DNA of 36,359 nt, taken from positions 1 through 36,359 of the forward strand of contig JASFUG010000002.1 of assembly GCA_050050395.1 (NCBI GenBank), in the 5' to 3' direction. The notes below the pieces were generated by a model. The model saw only the letters and a program-made list of their open reading frames with translations. It was not told where the DNA came from and did not search any database. Position numbers and translations under genes: made by a program. Shown here one piece after another: positions 15,733 through 24,607 of this stretch. Every line of letters starts with the position of its first letter. Within the stretch, counting starts at the first letter, position 1. The stretch is from Nitrospirota bacterium. GTDB taxonomy: Bacteria; CG2-30-53-67; CG2-30-70-394.

Positions 15733-17262
15733 CTATTTGACTCCATCGAGGTCGAGGGCAGCAACCACATCGAGCTGGCACAGGCGATGGCGCAGCTCCT
15801 CCAGGCGCTGTACTTGATCCGGCGTCGGCTTGCCACCCGCCCCCTTGCTGCGCACCTCTAGCAGGGCACCGAGGGCGTCCAGCGCCAGCGTCGGCTCCCA
15901 CGCCGCGAGGTCACGGGCCACGCTCTCCCGATCGAGGTCCTCCAGCAGGGGCAGGGCCACGTCACGGCGGCCCGCACCGTGACACAGACGTGCGGTGGCG
16001 AGACGCCACTGGAACCGACCGCGCCCATCGTCTGCGCTGCGCGCCCCGCCTTGCAGCAAGGCAAGGGCCCCCTTCAAATCGCCGCCGGCCGCCAGCTTGC
16101 GGGCCTCCGCCGCCCCCAGTGCCCACGCCGGCGCCTCCCCCTCCCCTTCGGCCACCGCCCCGCCGCCGCCGACCGCCAGGACTTCGCTCTCCAGCCACAT
16201 CCGGGTCTCACCGTCGGCCACCGGCGTCCCGTCACGGAAGGTGAGCTTGTCGACGCCGACCAGGCGGGTCACGAACAGGCGCAGCTCCGCCACGACGCCG
16301 TCGGCCGCGGCCGCATAAGCCGAGCCGAGACCGCGCAACCCCTGCACGACCCAGCGCTGCGGGTCGAGCCACAGGGGTTCGATGGCGAGACGCGCGTCGC
16401 AACCATTCACCAAGCCCTGCCAGTCACCTGCGGCGAGGAGGCCCTCCAGGGCCTGGCGGGTTGCCGGCTGCGGCGCAGGGATCTGGGTCTTGCCCCCCTG
16501 GTTGGGCGGAAGCTGGGTAAGCTTCGCCCACGCCGCCAGGCGTGGCAGGCGGTAGGCGAGGTGGTGGGCCGGATCGGCCTCCTTGAACAGGGGACCGGCA
16601 GCGGCCAGGGCCTTGAGAATCTCCTCGGGCGAGCCCAGGGCGCCCACGGCGGCGGCCGGTGCCGTGGGCGCCGTCGCCGCTGCGGGTGCCTCCTTCTTCT
16701 CCGCCGTCGCGGCGATCTCCTTCGCCATCCCCTCAAGGCTGCGCCGCACCGGGCCCAGGGCGGGTGCCGCGTCCCCGTACCGCTCCGCGGCGAGGGCATC
16801 GAGACGGCCCAGGTGGGTCACCGCCGCGGCCACGGCCTCGCCGTCGGGCTGGCGCGCAAGTTGTCTCTCCATCCCCGCCTCGAGCCGCTCCTTGAGCCAC
16901 TCCAGGGCGTTGGTGCGGCCGCGCGGGCGGCTCGGGAACATGGTGTCGCCGAACGTCTCGTGGAGGTCGGCGATCACCTCCAGACCGGCGGCCAGGCCTC
17001 CATAGCCCTCGACATCGAGCAGGCCGGCACAGAGATAGGTCGCGACGGTGAGATCCTTCGACTTGCTGCTCAGCAGGGCCGTGGCCAGCTCCACCACCCG
17101 CCGCCAGTCCACGGGGGTTCCACTCAGGCTTCCGAGTCGCGCCACCTGACCCGCCAGCTCCTCGTATTCCGGCTCGTACTTGGCATCCACCCCGACCGGC
17201 CCGTCGCCGCCCTCCAGGGGAGTCTTGCCGAGCCCTACCGTCTTCGTCGCCAGCTCACCCAT
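15733..17262 (-). CDS. tssA: T6SS protein TssA (ImpA N-terminal domain, VasJ-like C-terminus)
   Basis: This is the C-terminal 509 aa of the 911-aa ORF 15733..18468. The ATG at 17262 overlaps the tagF stop as TGATG. GKTPLEGGDGPVGVDAKYEPEYEELAGQVARLGS... is ImpA_N-like. The upstream 402 aa are Arg/Gly/Pro junk that overlaps tagF. Confidence 0.85.
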   Translation of the reverse strand: MGELATKTVGLGKTPLEGGDGPVGVDAKYEPEYEELAGQVARLGSLSGTPVDWRRVVELATALLSSKSKDLTVATYLCAGLLDVEGYGGLAAGLEVIADLHETFGDTMFPSRPRGRTNALEWLKERLEAGMERQLARQPDGEAVAAAVTHLGRLDALAAERYGDAAPALGPVRRSLEGMAKEIAATAEKKEAPAAATAPTAPAAAVGALGSPEEILKALAAAGPLFKEADPAHHLAYRLPRLAAWAKLTQLPPNQGGKTQIPAPQPATRQALEGLLAAGDWQGLVNGCDARLAIEPLWLDPQRWVVQGLRGLGSAYAAAADGVVAELRLFVTRLVGVDKLTFRDGTPVADGETRMWLESEVLAVGGGGAVAEGEGEAPAWALGAAEARKLAAGGDLKGALALLQGGARSADDGRGRFQWRLATARLCHGAGRRDVALPLLEDLDRESVARDLAAWEPTLALDALGALLEVRSKGAGGKPTPDQVQRLEELRHRLCQLDVVAALDLDGVK

Positions 17263-18191
17263 CACCGCCACCTCCAGCCCGCCAGTCGCGAGACCGGGAC
17301 TCCCCCGGCGTCCAATGCCGCGGCGATCCCCGGCACGAGGCGCCCACCGGCTGCCGCCAGCGTCGGAGCATCCATCGCATCGACCAACCGCTCGTCCTGG
17401 CCCATCCCCAGGAGAGTGAGGAAGACACCGGGAGCAGGCGACCCGCCGACCACCCAGAGCACGTCGTCCCCCCAAACGGCCGCATGGCTCGCAGCGTCCC
17501 GCGGCCGCAGACAATCCAGAAGATGGAGCCAGCCGGACGTGGTTCCCTGCCCCTCCGCCACGGGTAGGCGGAGGACCCAGCCGCCACGCGGCCGATCGAC
17601 CACCGTCTCGATCAGGAGCTGCAATGTCGGGGCGTAGATCTCCGCATCGGGGAGCAGGCGAGAGAGGCGCGCCTCCAATTCTTCCTCGACCGGATAGACA
17701 ACCTCCCGGGGCTCGACGAGGGCTGCCAGGCCGCGCACACGTTCCAGCCACGCCGTGCGATCGACCATCTCCTCGCCGGTCCGTGCCACCTGCGCCGCAC
17801 CGTCGAGGTACGCCTGGTAACGCAAGGGTACGAGGAAGGCCGGCTCCGCCTGCCGGGCGCCAGCCAGGAGAAACAGGGTGCAGGGGAACCGCCGGCCTGC
17901 GCTGTCCTGGCTCGGGTGCATGTGACCGATGCAGTAGCGCTGCCCCTTCTCCGGTGGCGGGAAAAAGAAGTCGCCGCCACGCCAGCCCCCGTACACCCCA
18001 CGGCCCTCCCCTTCGGGTCTGCCGTCGAGACGGCTGTGTGCCGCCGCCATTCCCCCCTGGATCCAGCGGTCGACCGCCGCCACCTCGGGATGCGTCGCAT
18101 TGAGGCGCAGGAACTCCCGATCCATTGGAAGCTTGCCGTAACAGCCAACGACCGGCGCCGTCGCGGCACGGCTGCGAAGCCAGCCGATCAC
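17262..18191 (-). CDS. tagF: T6SS-associated protein TagF (DUF2094 / ImpM-like)
   Basis: Within ORF 17262..18695. The GTG at 18191 overlaps the tssM stop as GTGA. The N-terminus VIGWLRSRAATAPVVGCYGKLPMDREFL carries the GKLPxxxEF signature of TagF. Confidence 0.8.
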   Translation of the reverse strand: MIGWLRSRAATAPVVGCYGKLPMDREFLRLNATHPEVAAVDRWIQGGMAAAHSRLDGRPEGEGRGVYGGWRGGDFFFPPPEKGQRYCIGHMHPSQDSAGRRFPCTLFLLAGARQAEPAFLVPLRYQAYLDGAAQVARTGEEMVDRTAWLERVRGLAALVEPREVVYPVEEELEARLSRLLPDAEIYAPTLQLLIETVVDRPRGGWVLRLPVAEGQGTTSGWLHLLDCLRPRDAASHAAVWGDDVLWVVGGSPAPGVFLTLLGMGQDERLVDAMDAPTLAAAGGRLVPGIAAALDAGGVPVSRLAGWRWR

Positions 18192-21100
18192 GGCGCCAGC
18201 CTCCCGGGGGGCCGGAAGTCGGCGGGGCGTGTGCCGCGGAACGGGTTGGCGTAGGCGCTTGCCTTGACGTCGATGGACACCGGGGTGGGCTGGGTCCCCT
18301 CCTCGCCGATGCGCCACTTGGCCTCGAACGCGGTGCGGCTGCGCGTCGTGATGGACGCCTGATCGAGGAGGCGGAACAGCGCCCAGGCCCCATCGAAGCG
18401 CAGGGTCCGACGCTGCCCGCGGCCGATCGGCACCGCCTCGATCGCCGCCTTGCCGCTGCCGTAGGCACCGGGCCAGGAAAGCGGCACCCACTCCTCCGGC
18501 GTCATGCGGTAACGCTCGCGATGCTCGTCGATCTCCAGGACGATCTCCTCCAGCCCGGGCGTGGGGTGGATCCGTACCTGGAACTCGACGCGTGGGTCCT
18601 GGGCGTTGCGCGGAAAGAAGGAGTCCGTGACCTGCCGCGCCACCTCGATCGCACGCAGCGCCTCGTCGCTCACAGCGACGCCGCCGTCGAGCCACACCCG
18701 TGGCCGCAGGCCCCCACGTCCCTCGCTCAAGAACGGCGAGAGATGAGTGCCGTAGAACTTCCAGAACGCCCCCTGCTTCGGCTGGAAGTAATCAATCAGC
18801 TCACCGATCGGCACGTCTTCGCGGCCCCGCGGGTCGAAGGGATAGCGCCCCTGTAGCCGCTTGCGATAGAGACGCACCACCGAGTCGGCCCAGGCGGTGT
18901 TGAGGGAGGTCTGGGCCTCCGCGAGCACTCCCTGGTAGCTATTACGCACGACACGCTCGAAGAACGGCCGCACGGCGGTACGGAGGCCGGAGCCGAACCG
19001 GTCGGCGACGCGACCGCTGAATGACAGGACGTCGCGGATCTCGTTGCCGGAGGCGTTGGTGAGCGCACCGAGGGCGAAGGTGGCGGTCGCCTCCTCACGG
19101 CTCTCCGCCTGGCGCAGGGAGGCGAGACGATCACGCAGGGAAATCAGGCGAGTGCGGTATTGATCGAGGGAGTACTGGTCGGCCTTGTCCCCCTTCTCCA
19201 GGATCGTCCGCACCGGCTCGAAGGTCTCCGTGACCTGTGCCATAGGCCCCGCCTCGCGCTCCTTATCCGACAGCTCCTTTGCCGCCGCCTGCCGCGCCAT
19301 ATCGCGACCTTCGTTGCCCAGACCCAGCTTGCGGCTGACCGCGCCGGTCACTCGCGCGATGGTCGTACGATCGACCTCCACCCCGCGCTCCGGCCGGTAA
19401 TCGGTGTTGTCGGCGACGGTCTCGAACAGCAGTGGGAGCGGCGAGTCCGGACCGGCGAGGAGATCGAGCTTGCGGATCGCGTCTTCGCTGTCACGGAACG
19501 GCACGATCGATAGGCCACCGAGGAAGGCGGTCCATGCCTTCAAATAATCGCGCGCGTACAGCCTCTCCATCGCCTGACGGAGCTCGTCCGCCTCGTCCTC
19601 GCCCAGGGCGGCACGACCGCCCTCCGGGGTGAGGATCCATGCATCCTCGACGGATGTGTGCGCCAGCTCGTCGATCAGCGGTAGCACTCGCTCGGTGTAC
19701 GCCTGCCGGGTATACATCCCCGGCACCTCCACCGGATCGGTGAGGAGCGCCTCCCGCTTCCAGCGCGTGATGGTGGCCAAGGTGAGAGGTGGGATCTCCC
19801 GGCTCAGGCGGTCACGCAGGCCCGCGTAGAGCCGCTCCGCCGGCGGGATGCGCGTCAGGGCGCGGCGTGCATCGGCCACCACGCGCTCGTCCACTTCGAT
19901 GGTGGGCATGTCGTCCTCACCCACCTGGGCGAGGTAGGCATCGAGGTGACGACCGGCGATCGCGTCCAGCGCCTCGCGGCCGACCTTCTCCGTGGGTAGG
20001 GGCTGATCGATCCCCCAGCGCGGCTCCAGGACGCTGCGCAACAGGTCTGCATCGGCGCGCTCCGGGTCACCGAGCATGAGGTAGCCCTTGAGCAGCGGGT
20101 AGGCCGCCTCGCCGCCCTCGGAGGCGGTGAGGGTCGACCCGATGTCCCGCGCCAGGTGCATCGCCGCAGGCTCCAGGTAGACCTCGCGGAGCCGCCGCAG
20201 ATAGAGGTGGCGCAGCTCGTCCTCCACCGAATCCCCGGTGTAGAGGCCGCCGCGCAGGTGGAGCGGCGGCCCATCCCGGTGGTACTCGTTGAGCTTCAAG
20301 GCGAAGCCACGCACCTTGTCCAACGCCTGCCAATGCTCCGCGGAGCCCGGGGCCGCCTGAGCCTCGGCACGCACCGCCTTGCCCACTCCCGACAGGAGGG
20401 TGCGGTTGGCGAGCCACGAGAATGTGATCCCGGTAGCGCCGCCCACGAGCAGCAACAAGGCGAGGGTGACGGAGCCGAGCTGTAACCACGACTGTCGCCG
20501 TGCGCCGCGACGGCTTGGGCCGGCGAGGTCACGGTCCGGGAAGATGACGTCGGTGAACAGGCCGCGCAGAAAGTAGCTCTTCTTCTCCCGCTCCTGCTCC
20601 ACCACCGCCGCGATGCCTCCGATGTTGAACGAGCGCCCCATGGACTCGATGAGGCGGTCGATCGGCGTCCCCTCCTGGGTACCCGAGGTGAAGTAGAAGC
20701 CTCGGAACAGCGGGTTCTCCTGGTACGGGTTGGGGGTGAACAGCGCCGTCAGGAACTGACGCAACACCGGCAATGCCGCTGCCACCTGTTCCGGGAATGT
20801 GAAGCACAGCAGCTGGTCACGTGCTCCTCGTACCTCACCGAGACGCACCAGGCGACGACGGGCGAGGCGGGTCTGCAGGGCAGCGAAGTGGGCGTCCAGC
20901 TCTTCCCCCGACGGCGGTGGGCCGCCGAATGGCAGGGTGACACCCCACACCTGGCCACGTTCCTCCCGACCGAGGTCACCGAAGGTCTCGACGAACCCCT
21001 GGATGAGGTCACACTTGGTGAACAGGACGTAGACCGGGAACTGCACGGCGAGACGGCCGATCAGCTCGTCGATCCGCTCGCGAATGCGCTTGGCGTGGTC

Positions 21101-21793
21101 TTCCACCTGGTGCTCGCCGCCCTCCAGCAGATCCGCGACGCTTACGCCGATCATCACGCCGTTGATCGGCTTGCGCGTCCGGTTGCGCTTCAGCAGGTCA
21201 AGGAAGGCAAGCCACTCATCCCGGTCCTCCTCACTCGTGGTGTAGCGGCCGGCGGTGTCCAGGAGCACCGCCTGATCGGTGAACCACCAGTCGCAATTGC
21301 GCGTGCCGCCCACGCCCTGGACGCCGCGCTCGCTGCCCTGGGCGAAGGGAAAATTGAGACCGGAGTGTTTCAGTGCCGTCGATTTACCCGAGGCCGGCGG
21401 ACCGATGATCATGTACCACGGCAGGGCGTAAAGCGCCGATTTGCCTCCGATGCCACGCCCCAGCTTGGAGGCCTTGAGGGCGGTGACCGCCTCTTTGAGT
21501 TGCCCCTTGACTGCCTGGATCTCTTCCTTGCGCTCAGGCCGGGCGTCCGCGGCCTGTGCGTCCGCCTGCGCCCACAGGGCGGTCTCCAGCTTTACCGCAC
21601 GCCGCGCCTCCAGGATGCGGCCGACAATGTAGACGATCGCCGCGATCACGAACACCACGGCGAACAGCGCCAGGCGTACGGTCACGCCGAGCTTCAGTAG
21701 GGCGCCGCCGAACCAGATGAATGCGAGCAGGGCGAGCAGGCCGACGGTTCCCACCAGCCGCCGGTCCTTGAGCAGGGTGAGGAGGAGCTTCAT
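18188..21793 (-). CDS. tssM: T6SS membrane complex protein TssM (IcmF)
   Basis: The ATG at 21793 overlaps the tssL stop (ATGA) and gives MKLLLTLLKDRRLVGTVGLLALLAFIWFGG (transmembrane), 1201 aa. Walker A is GPPASGKST. IcmF-like sequence runs throughout. Confidence 0.93.
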   Translation of the reverse strand: MKLLLTLLKDRRLVGTVGLLALLAFIWFGGALLKLGVTVRLALFAVVFVIAAIVYIVGRILEARRAVKLETALWAQADAQAADARPERKEEIQAVKGQLKEAVTALKASKLGRGIGGKSALYALPWYMIIGPPASGKSTALKHSGLNFPFAQGSERGVQGVGGTRNCDWWFTDQAVLLDTAGRYTTSEEDRDEWLAFLDLLKRNRTRKPINGVMIGVSVADLLEGGEHQVEDHAKRIRERIDELIGRLAVQFPVYVLFTKCDLIQGFVETFGDLGREERGQVWGVTLPFGGPPPSGEELDAHFAALQTRLARRRLVRLGEVRGARDQLLCFTFPEQVAAALPVLRQFLTALFTPNPYQENPLFRGFYFTSGTQEGTPIDRLIESMGRSFNIGGIAAVVEQEREKKSYFLRGLFTDVIFPDRDLAGPSRRGARRQSWLQLGSVTLALLLLVGGATGITFSWLANRTLLSGVGKAVRAEAQAAPGSAEHWQALDKVRGFALKLNEYHRDGPPLHLRGGLYTGDSVEDELRHLYLRRLREVYLEPAAMHLARDIGSTLTASEGGEAAYPLLKGYLMLGDPERADADLLRSVLEPRWGIDQPLPTEKVGREALDAIAGRHLDAYLAQVGEDDMPTIEVDERVVADARRALTRIPPAERLYAGLRDRLSREIPPLTLATITRWKREALLTDPVEVPGMYTRQAYTERVLPLIDELAHTSVEDAWILTPEGGRAALGEDEADELRQAMERLYARDYLKAWTAFLGGLSIVPFRDSEDAIRKLDLLAGPDSPLPLLFETVADNTDYRPERGVEVDRTTIARVTGAVSRKLGLGNEGRDMARQAAAKELSDKEREAGPMAQVTETFEPVRTILEKGDKADQYSLDQYRTRLISLRDRLASLRQAESREEATATFALGALTNASGNEIRDVLSFSGRVADRFGSGLRTAVRPFFERVVRNSYQGVLAEAQTSLNTAWADSVVRLYRKRLQGRYPFDPRGREDVPIGELIDYFQPKQGAFWKFYGTHLSPFLSEGRGGLRPRVWLDGGVAVSDEALRAIEVARQVTDSFFPRNAQDPRVEFQVRIHPTPGLEEIVLEIDEHRERYRMTPEEWVPLSWPGAYGSGKAAIEAVPIGRGQRRTLRFDGAWALFRLLDQASITTRSRTAFEAKWRIGEEGTQPTPVSIDVKASAYANPFRGTRPADFRPPGRLAP

Positions 21794-22482
21794 TGCGCCG
21801 CCTCCGCCACCGGTGCTGCCAGCGGCAGCCGTGCCGCTTCGCGGTGCAACAGCACCGCGTATCCGGAGTAGAGCATCACCAGCACCGCGCCACTCACCGC
21901 CAGGGCGACCCACGGCGGCAGCCGCCTGCCGACCTGGCCGGCGATGCCGCCAGCCTCGGGCGGTGGCGGTGGCGAGAGCTCATCGCCACCCTTGCGCAGC
22001 TTCGCCAGATCCGTGGAGAGGTCGGCGGTGAGCTGTCGCAGCCGCTCCGGCCCCTCCACCCGGTAACGCCCCTCGAAGCCGAGAGAGAGACACAGGTAGT
22101 AGACCTCGATCACCTGCTCCATCTCGGTCATGCGCCGACCCATCTCGGCGAGGCGTTGAAAGAACCCCTCTCCGGCCAGGCGCTCGCCGAATAGCTCGAG
22201 CTGCAGTGGCTTGGCCGACCACTCCTCTCGGAACGGCAGGATCGACGCCAGGATCGCCTCATCGAGAAAGGCGCACAGGGCGTACTTCGCCGACTCCACC
22301 CAATCGCCGGGGAAACCTGCCTCTCGCGCCTCCAGCTCCAGCCGATAGAGGCCACGGTCTACCTGACGGCGCACCTCCTCAGCACCGCCTGGGTCGGCGC
22401 CGGCACGAATCTGGACCGTCAGGGCCAGGAGATCGGTACACAGGTCGGCCAGCCGCCGTCCTCCCTTGGATGAAGATTCCAT
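21790..22482 (-). CDS. tssL: T6SS membrane complex protein TssL (DotU); no C-terminal OmpA/PG-binding extension
   Basis: The internal ATG at 22482 gives a 230-aa protein: MESSSKGGRRLADLCTDLLALTVQIR...AKYALCAFLDEAIL.. (DotU family). There is a single C-terminal transmembrane segment (LPPWVALAVSGAVLVMLYSGYAVLL), and the protein ends shortly afterwards. Confidence 0.85.
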   Translation of the reverse strand: MESSSKGGRRLADLCTDLLALTVQIRAGADPGGAEEVRRQVDRGLYRLELEAREAGFPGDWVESAKYALCAFLDEAILASILPFREEWSAKPLQLELFGERLAGEGFFQRLAEMGRRMTEMEQVIEVYYLCLSLGFEGRYRVEGPERLRQLTADLSTDLAKLRKGGDELSPPPPPEAGGIAGQVGRRLPPWVALAVSGAVLVMLYSGYAVLLHREAARLPLAAPVAEAAQ

Positions 22483-22556
22483 TACTGACTCACTCTCCGG
22501 GTGGACACGATGTCCCCGAAACGACAGACGACCCCATGCGGGCGATGCCAATCCGC

Positions 22557-22588
22557 GTAGGGGTGTGCCGAGCGAAGCGAGGCACACC
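22557..22588 (+). repeat. REP-like hairpin element (GTAGGG + 8-bp stem + 11-nt loop)
   Basis: The sequence is gtaggGGTGTGCCgagcgaagcgaGGCACACC, in the 224-nt tssK-tssL spacer. Confidence 0.5.
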
Positions 22589-22621
22589 GATTCCTGCGGT
22601 GCCATGCCATAGCTCCGGGGC

Positions 22622-22654
22622 GGTGGGCCGCGCTGCGCTTGGCGCACCCTACGG
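22622..22654 (-). repeat. REP-like hairpin element, inverted orientation relative to 22557..22588
   Basis: The plus strand reads GGTGGGCCgcgctgcgcttGGCGCACCctacgg. The revcomp begins ccgtagggtgcgcc. It has the same architecture as the copy at 31542..31574. Confidence 0.5.
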
Positions 22655-22706
22655 CGTGAAATCGTTGCGCACTCATCTGCGTAGTCTGCGCCTCACGAGC
22701 GGAGCA

Positions 22707-24065
22707 TCACCCCTTGATTGCGACCACTTCGAACCGAAGCTCCGGCGCCGAGACCGGCAGGTAGACCGCCAGGGAGCGACTCGCCTTCACCGCAGTCCAG
22801 GCGGGTGCACCCGGCTCCAGGCGGAAGTAGACCGTGCCGGTCTTCACCGGCAGCGACGCGGGCGGCCGTGGGCTATGGACCACCGGGATGCCCGGGAGCG
22901 CCGAGGAGATCAAGGCGTCGATCTGGTCCGGCGAGGCGACCTTGGACTTCTGCTGTACGTCGCGAATCAGCGTGCTCTCCGGCGCCTCGGCGCTCACCGC
23001 CATGTAGAACTCGGCCTTCTCGAACAGCTCGGCATCATCGGCACGCCCGCGGTACAGATACTCCCGCACGCGTTCCATCGGAAGATTGACGCAGTGGGTC
23101 GGCACCACGGTGCCAAGGAGGCGGCCGAGGAGGTCGTGGAAGCCTGCGAAGGTTGCCCCGAGGTCGTCGTGGCGATACGGCGGCACGTCCCGCGCCGCGA
23201 TCTCCGTGGCGAAGGTGGCCAACGACCCCGCGAGCTGTGCCAAGACCCGGTAGGCACTGTAAGGATGGGTCGCCGGGGTACGTGCCAGGTCCGCAACCAG
23301 GGGGAGCGCCGAGTTGACCGTGTTGAGGAGCCAAAAGGTGGCGGTATCGGCCGTGCCAAACTCCACCAGGTCACGGGTGCGGTGCCGCCGTTGGGCCGAC
23401 AGCGCGCTGCTCTTTGCCGAGAGCTGCTCGAGCAGACCATGGACCTCGTTCGCGACGGTTGGCGCCGCGGCCAGGTGCAGGGAGGGCGGTGCATAGGCCG
23501 GGTCCAGGGTGAGGGCACCGGCGGCCGTACGGGCGAGGCGGGCGATCGGCAGATAGTCGAAGCCATCCAGCTCCTCACCCTCGAATAGCAGGCGCCACTG
23601 GCCCCGGGCGACGGCAATCGCCTGCTCGTTGATACCATTGTTCTCGTCGATTGCGGTGAGTCGCTCCTCGCTCCACCGGACCGGCGTGGAGGGTGGCTCC
23701 GCGTCTGACAGGAGATGGGCGGCGGGCTGACCCGCCTGGCGCCGCGGCAGACCAAGGTACACGGCGAGGCCCGCGGCCTGGGGCGCGAAGTAGTCCCCCA
23801 CACCGCGGCCTTCGGGCAGGGGGTCCTGGCCCGGCAGATCGAAGGCGAGGCCGCCGGGCAGCACACCGGCGCACTCTTCGAGTCTCAGGACGCCGTTGGA
23901 GAGGGCCTCCGTCGCGATGGACAGCCGTGTCAGCCCCCACGGGTAGGGGTGCAAGGAGGCCAGCAGAGCGCCGCGCGTGACCTCTCGCTCACGCCGGTCG
24001 TGCTGGAAGTGGTGGGGTGTGAGGAGCATCCCCTCCGACCACAGGATCGGCGGCACACCAGCCAT
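22707..24065 (-). CDS. tssK: T6SS baseplate protein TssK
   Basis: The ATG at 24065 overlaps the tssJ stop (TGATG). The N-terminus MAGVPPILWSEGMLLTPHHFQ is the hallmark TssK (ImpJ/VasE) start. 452 aa. Confidence 0.93.
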   Translation of the reverse strand: MAGVPPILWSEGMLLTPHHFQHDRREREVTRGALLASLHPYPWGLTRLSIATEALSNGVLRLEECAGVLPGGLAFDLPGQDPLPEGRGVGDYFAPQAAGLAVYLGLPRRQAGQPAAHLLSDAEPPSTPVRWSEERLTAIDENNGINEQAIAVARGQWRLLFEGEELDGFDYLPIARLARTAAGALTLDPAYAPPSLHLAAAPTVANEVHGLLEQLSAKSSALSAQRRHRTRDLVEFGTADTATFWLLNTVNSALPLVADLARTPATHPYSAYRVLAQLAGSLATFATEIAARDVPPYRHDDLGATFAGFHDLLGRLLGTVVPTHCVNLPMERVREYLYRGRADDAELFEKAEFYMAVSAEAPESTLIRDVQQKSKVASPDQIDALISSALPGIPVVHSPRPPASLPVKTGTVYFRLEPGAPAWTAVKASRSLAVYLPVSAPELRFEVVAIKG

Positions 24066-24568
24066 CACTTACCCTCCGACTTCGAGCCGAAGCCGAACCA
24101 TCCACTAGTCGTGGCATCCATCTCCACCTGGCTGCCACGCAGGGAGAGGCGCACGGCCTGCTTGCGCTTCTTCTCGTCGAGCGGCAGGACGCGCCGCCAG
24201 CGATCGCCCTCAGGCTCACGGAACAGGGCGACGACCCCGAGGAAGCGGGTGTCGAGGTTTCGTCGAATCTGGATCTCGCGGGCCTCGCCGGGCCGGAGGG
24301 TGATCTCCTGACTCTCCACGAGATCGCCACCAAGGGCATCGCCCGGCGACTTCCAGAGGGCCCGGAAGTCGGCCTGCTCGAACTTGTCCCGGCGCTTGAG
24401 CTGGTAGAGGTACACGACCACCGGCAGAGACGCCCCTCCCGGGTCGGGATTGAGCACCGCGTCGCCACGCAGATTGATGGTCAGCACCGGCGGCTTATGG
24501 CCGCAGGCGGTAGCGAACACTGCGACGCACGCCGCGACGAGTAGCAAACGGAAGACAAACCTGGGCAT
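24065..24568 (-). CDS. tssJ: T6SS outer-membrane lipoprotein TssJ
   Basis: The ATG at 24568 is preceded by GAGGAGG. MPRFVFRLLLVAACVAVFATAC-GHK is a lipoprotein-type signal. PVVVYLYQLK...F..ADF..LW is TssJ/VasD-like. 167 aa. Confidence 0.8.
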   Translation of the reverse strand: MPRFVFRLLLVAACVAVFATACGHKPPVLTINLRGDAVLNPDPGGASLPVVVYLYQLKRRDKFEQADFRALWKSPGDALGGDLVESQEITLRPGEAREIQIRRNLDTRFLGVVALFREPEGDRWRRVLPLDEKKRKQAVRLSLRGSQVEMDATTSGWFGFGSKSEGK

Positions 24569-24607
24569 CGAAAATCCTCCTCGAATCATGGCGCAACCAT
24601 GCCCCAT

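Noticed and set aside
17263-18468. N-terminal 402 aa of the 911-aa ORF 15733..18468
   Set aside because: This part is Arg/Gly/Pro/Ser junk that overlaps tagF in another frame. The ImpA_N-like sequence begins at the ATG at 17262, which is coupled (TGATG) to the tagF stop.
22599-22604. GTGCCA (TGGCAC on minus) in the tssK-tssL spacer
   Set aside because: There is no GC dinucleotide at the required -12 spacing (TGGCAC-CGCAG-GAATC).
22482-22676. 64-aa minus-strand ORF in the tssK-tssL spacer
   Set aside because: Its sequence (..HAVGCAKRSAAHR..CASLRSAHPY..) is simply the translation of the two REP-like hairpins.
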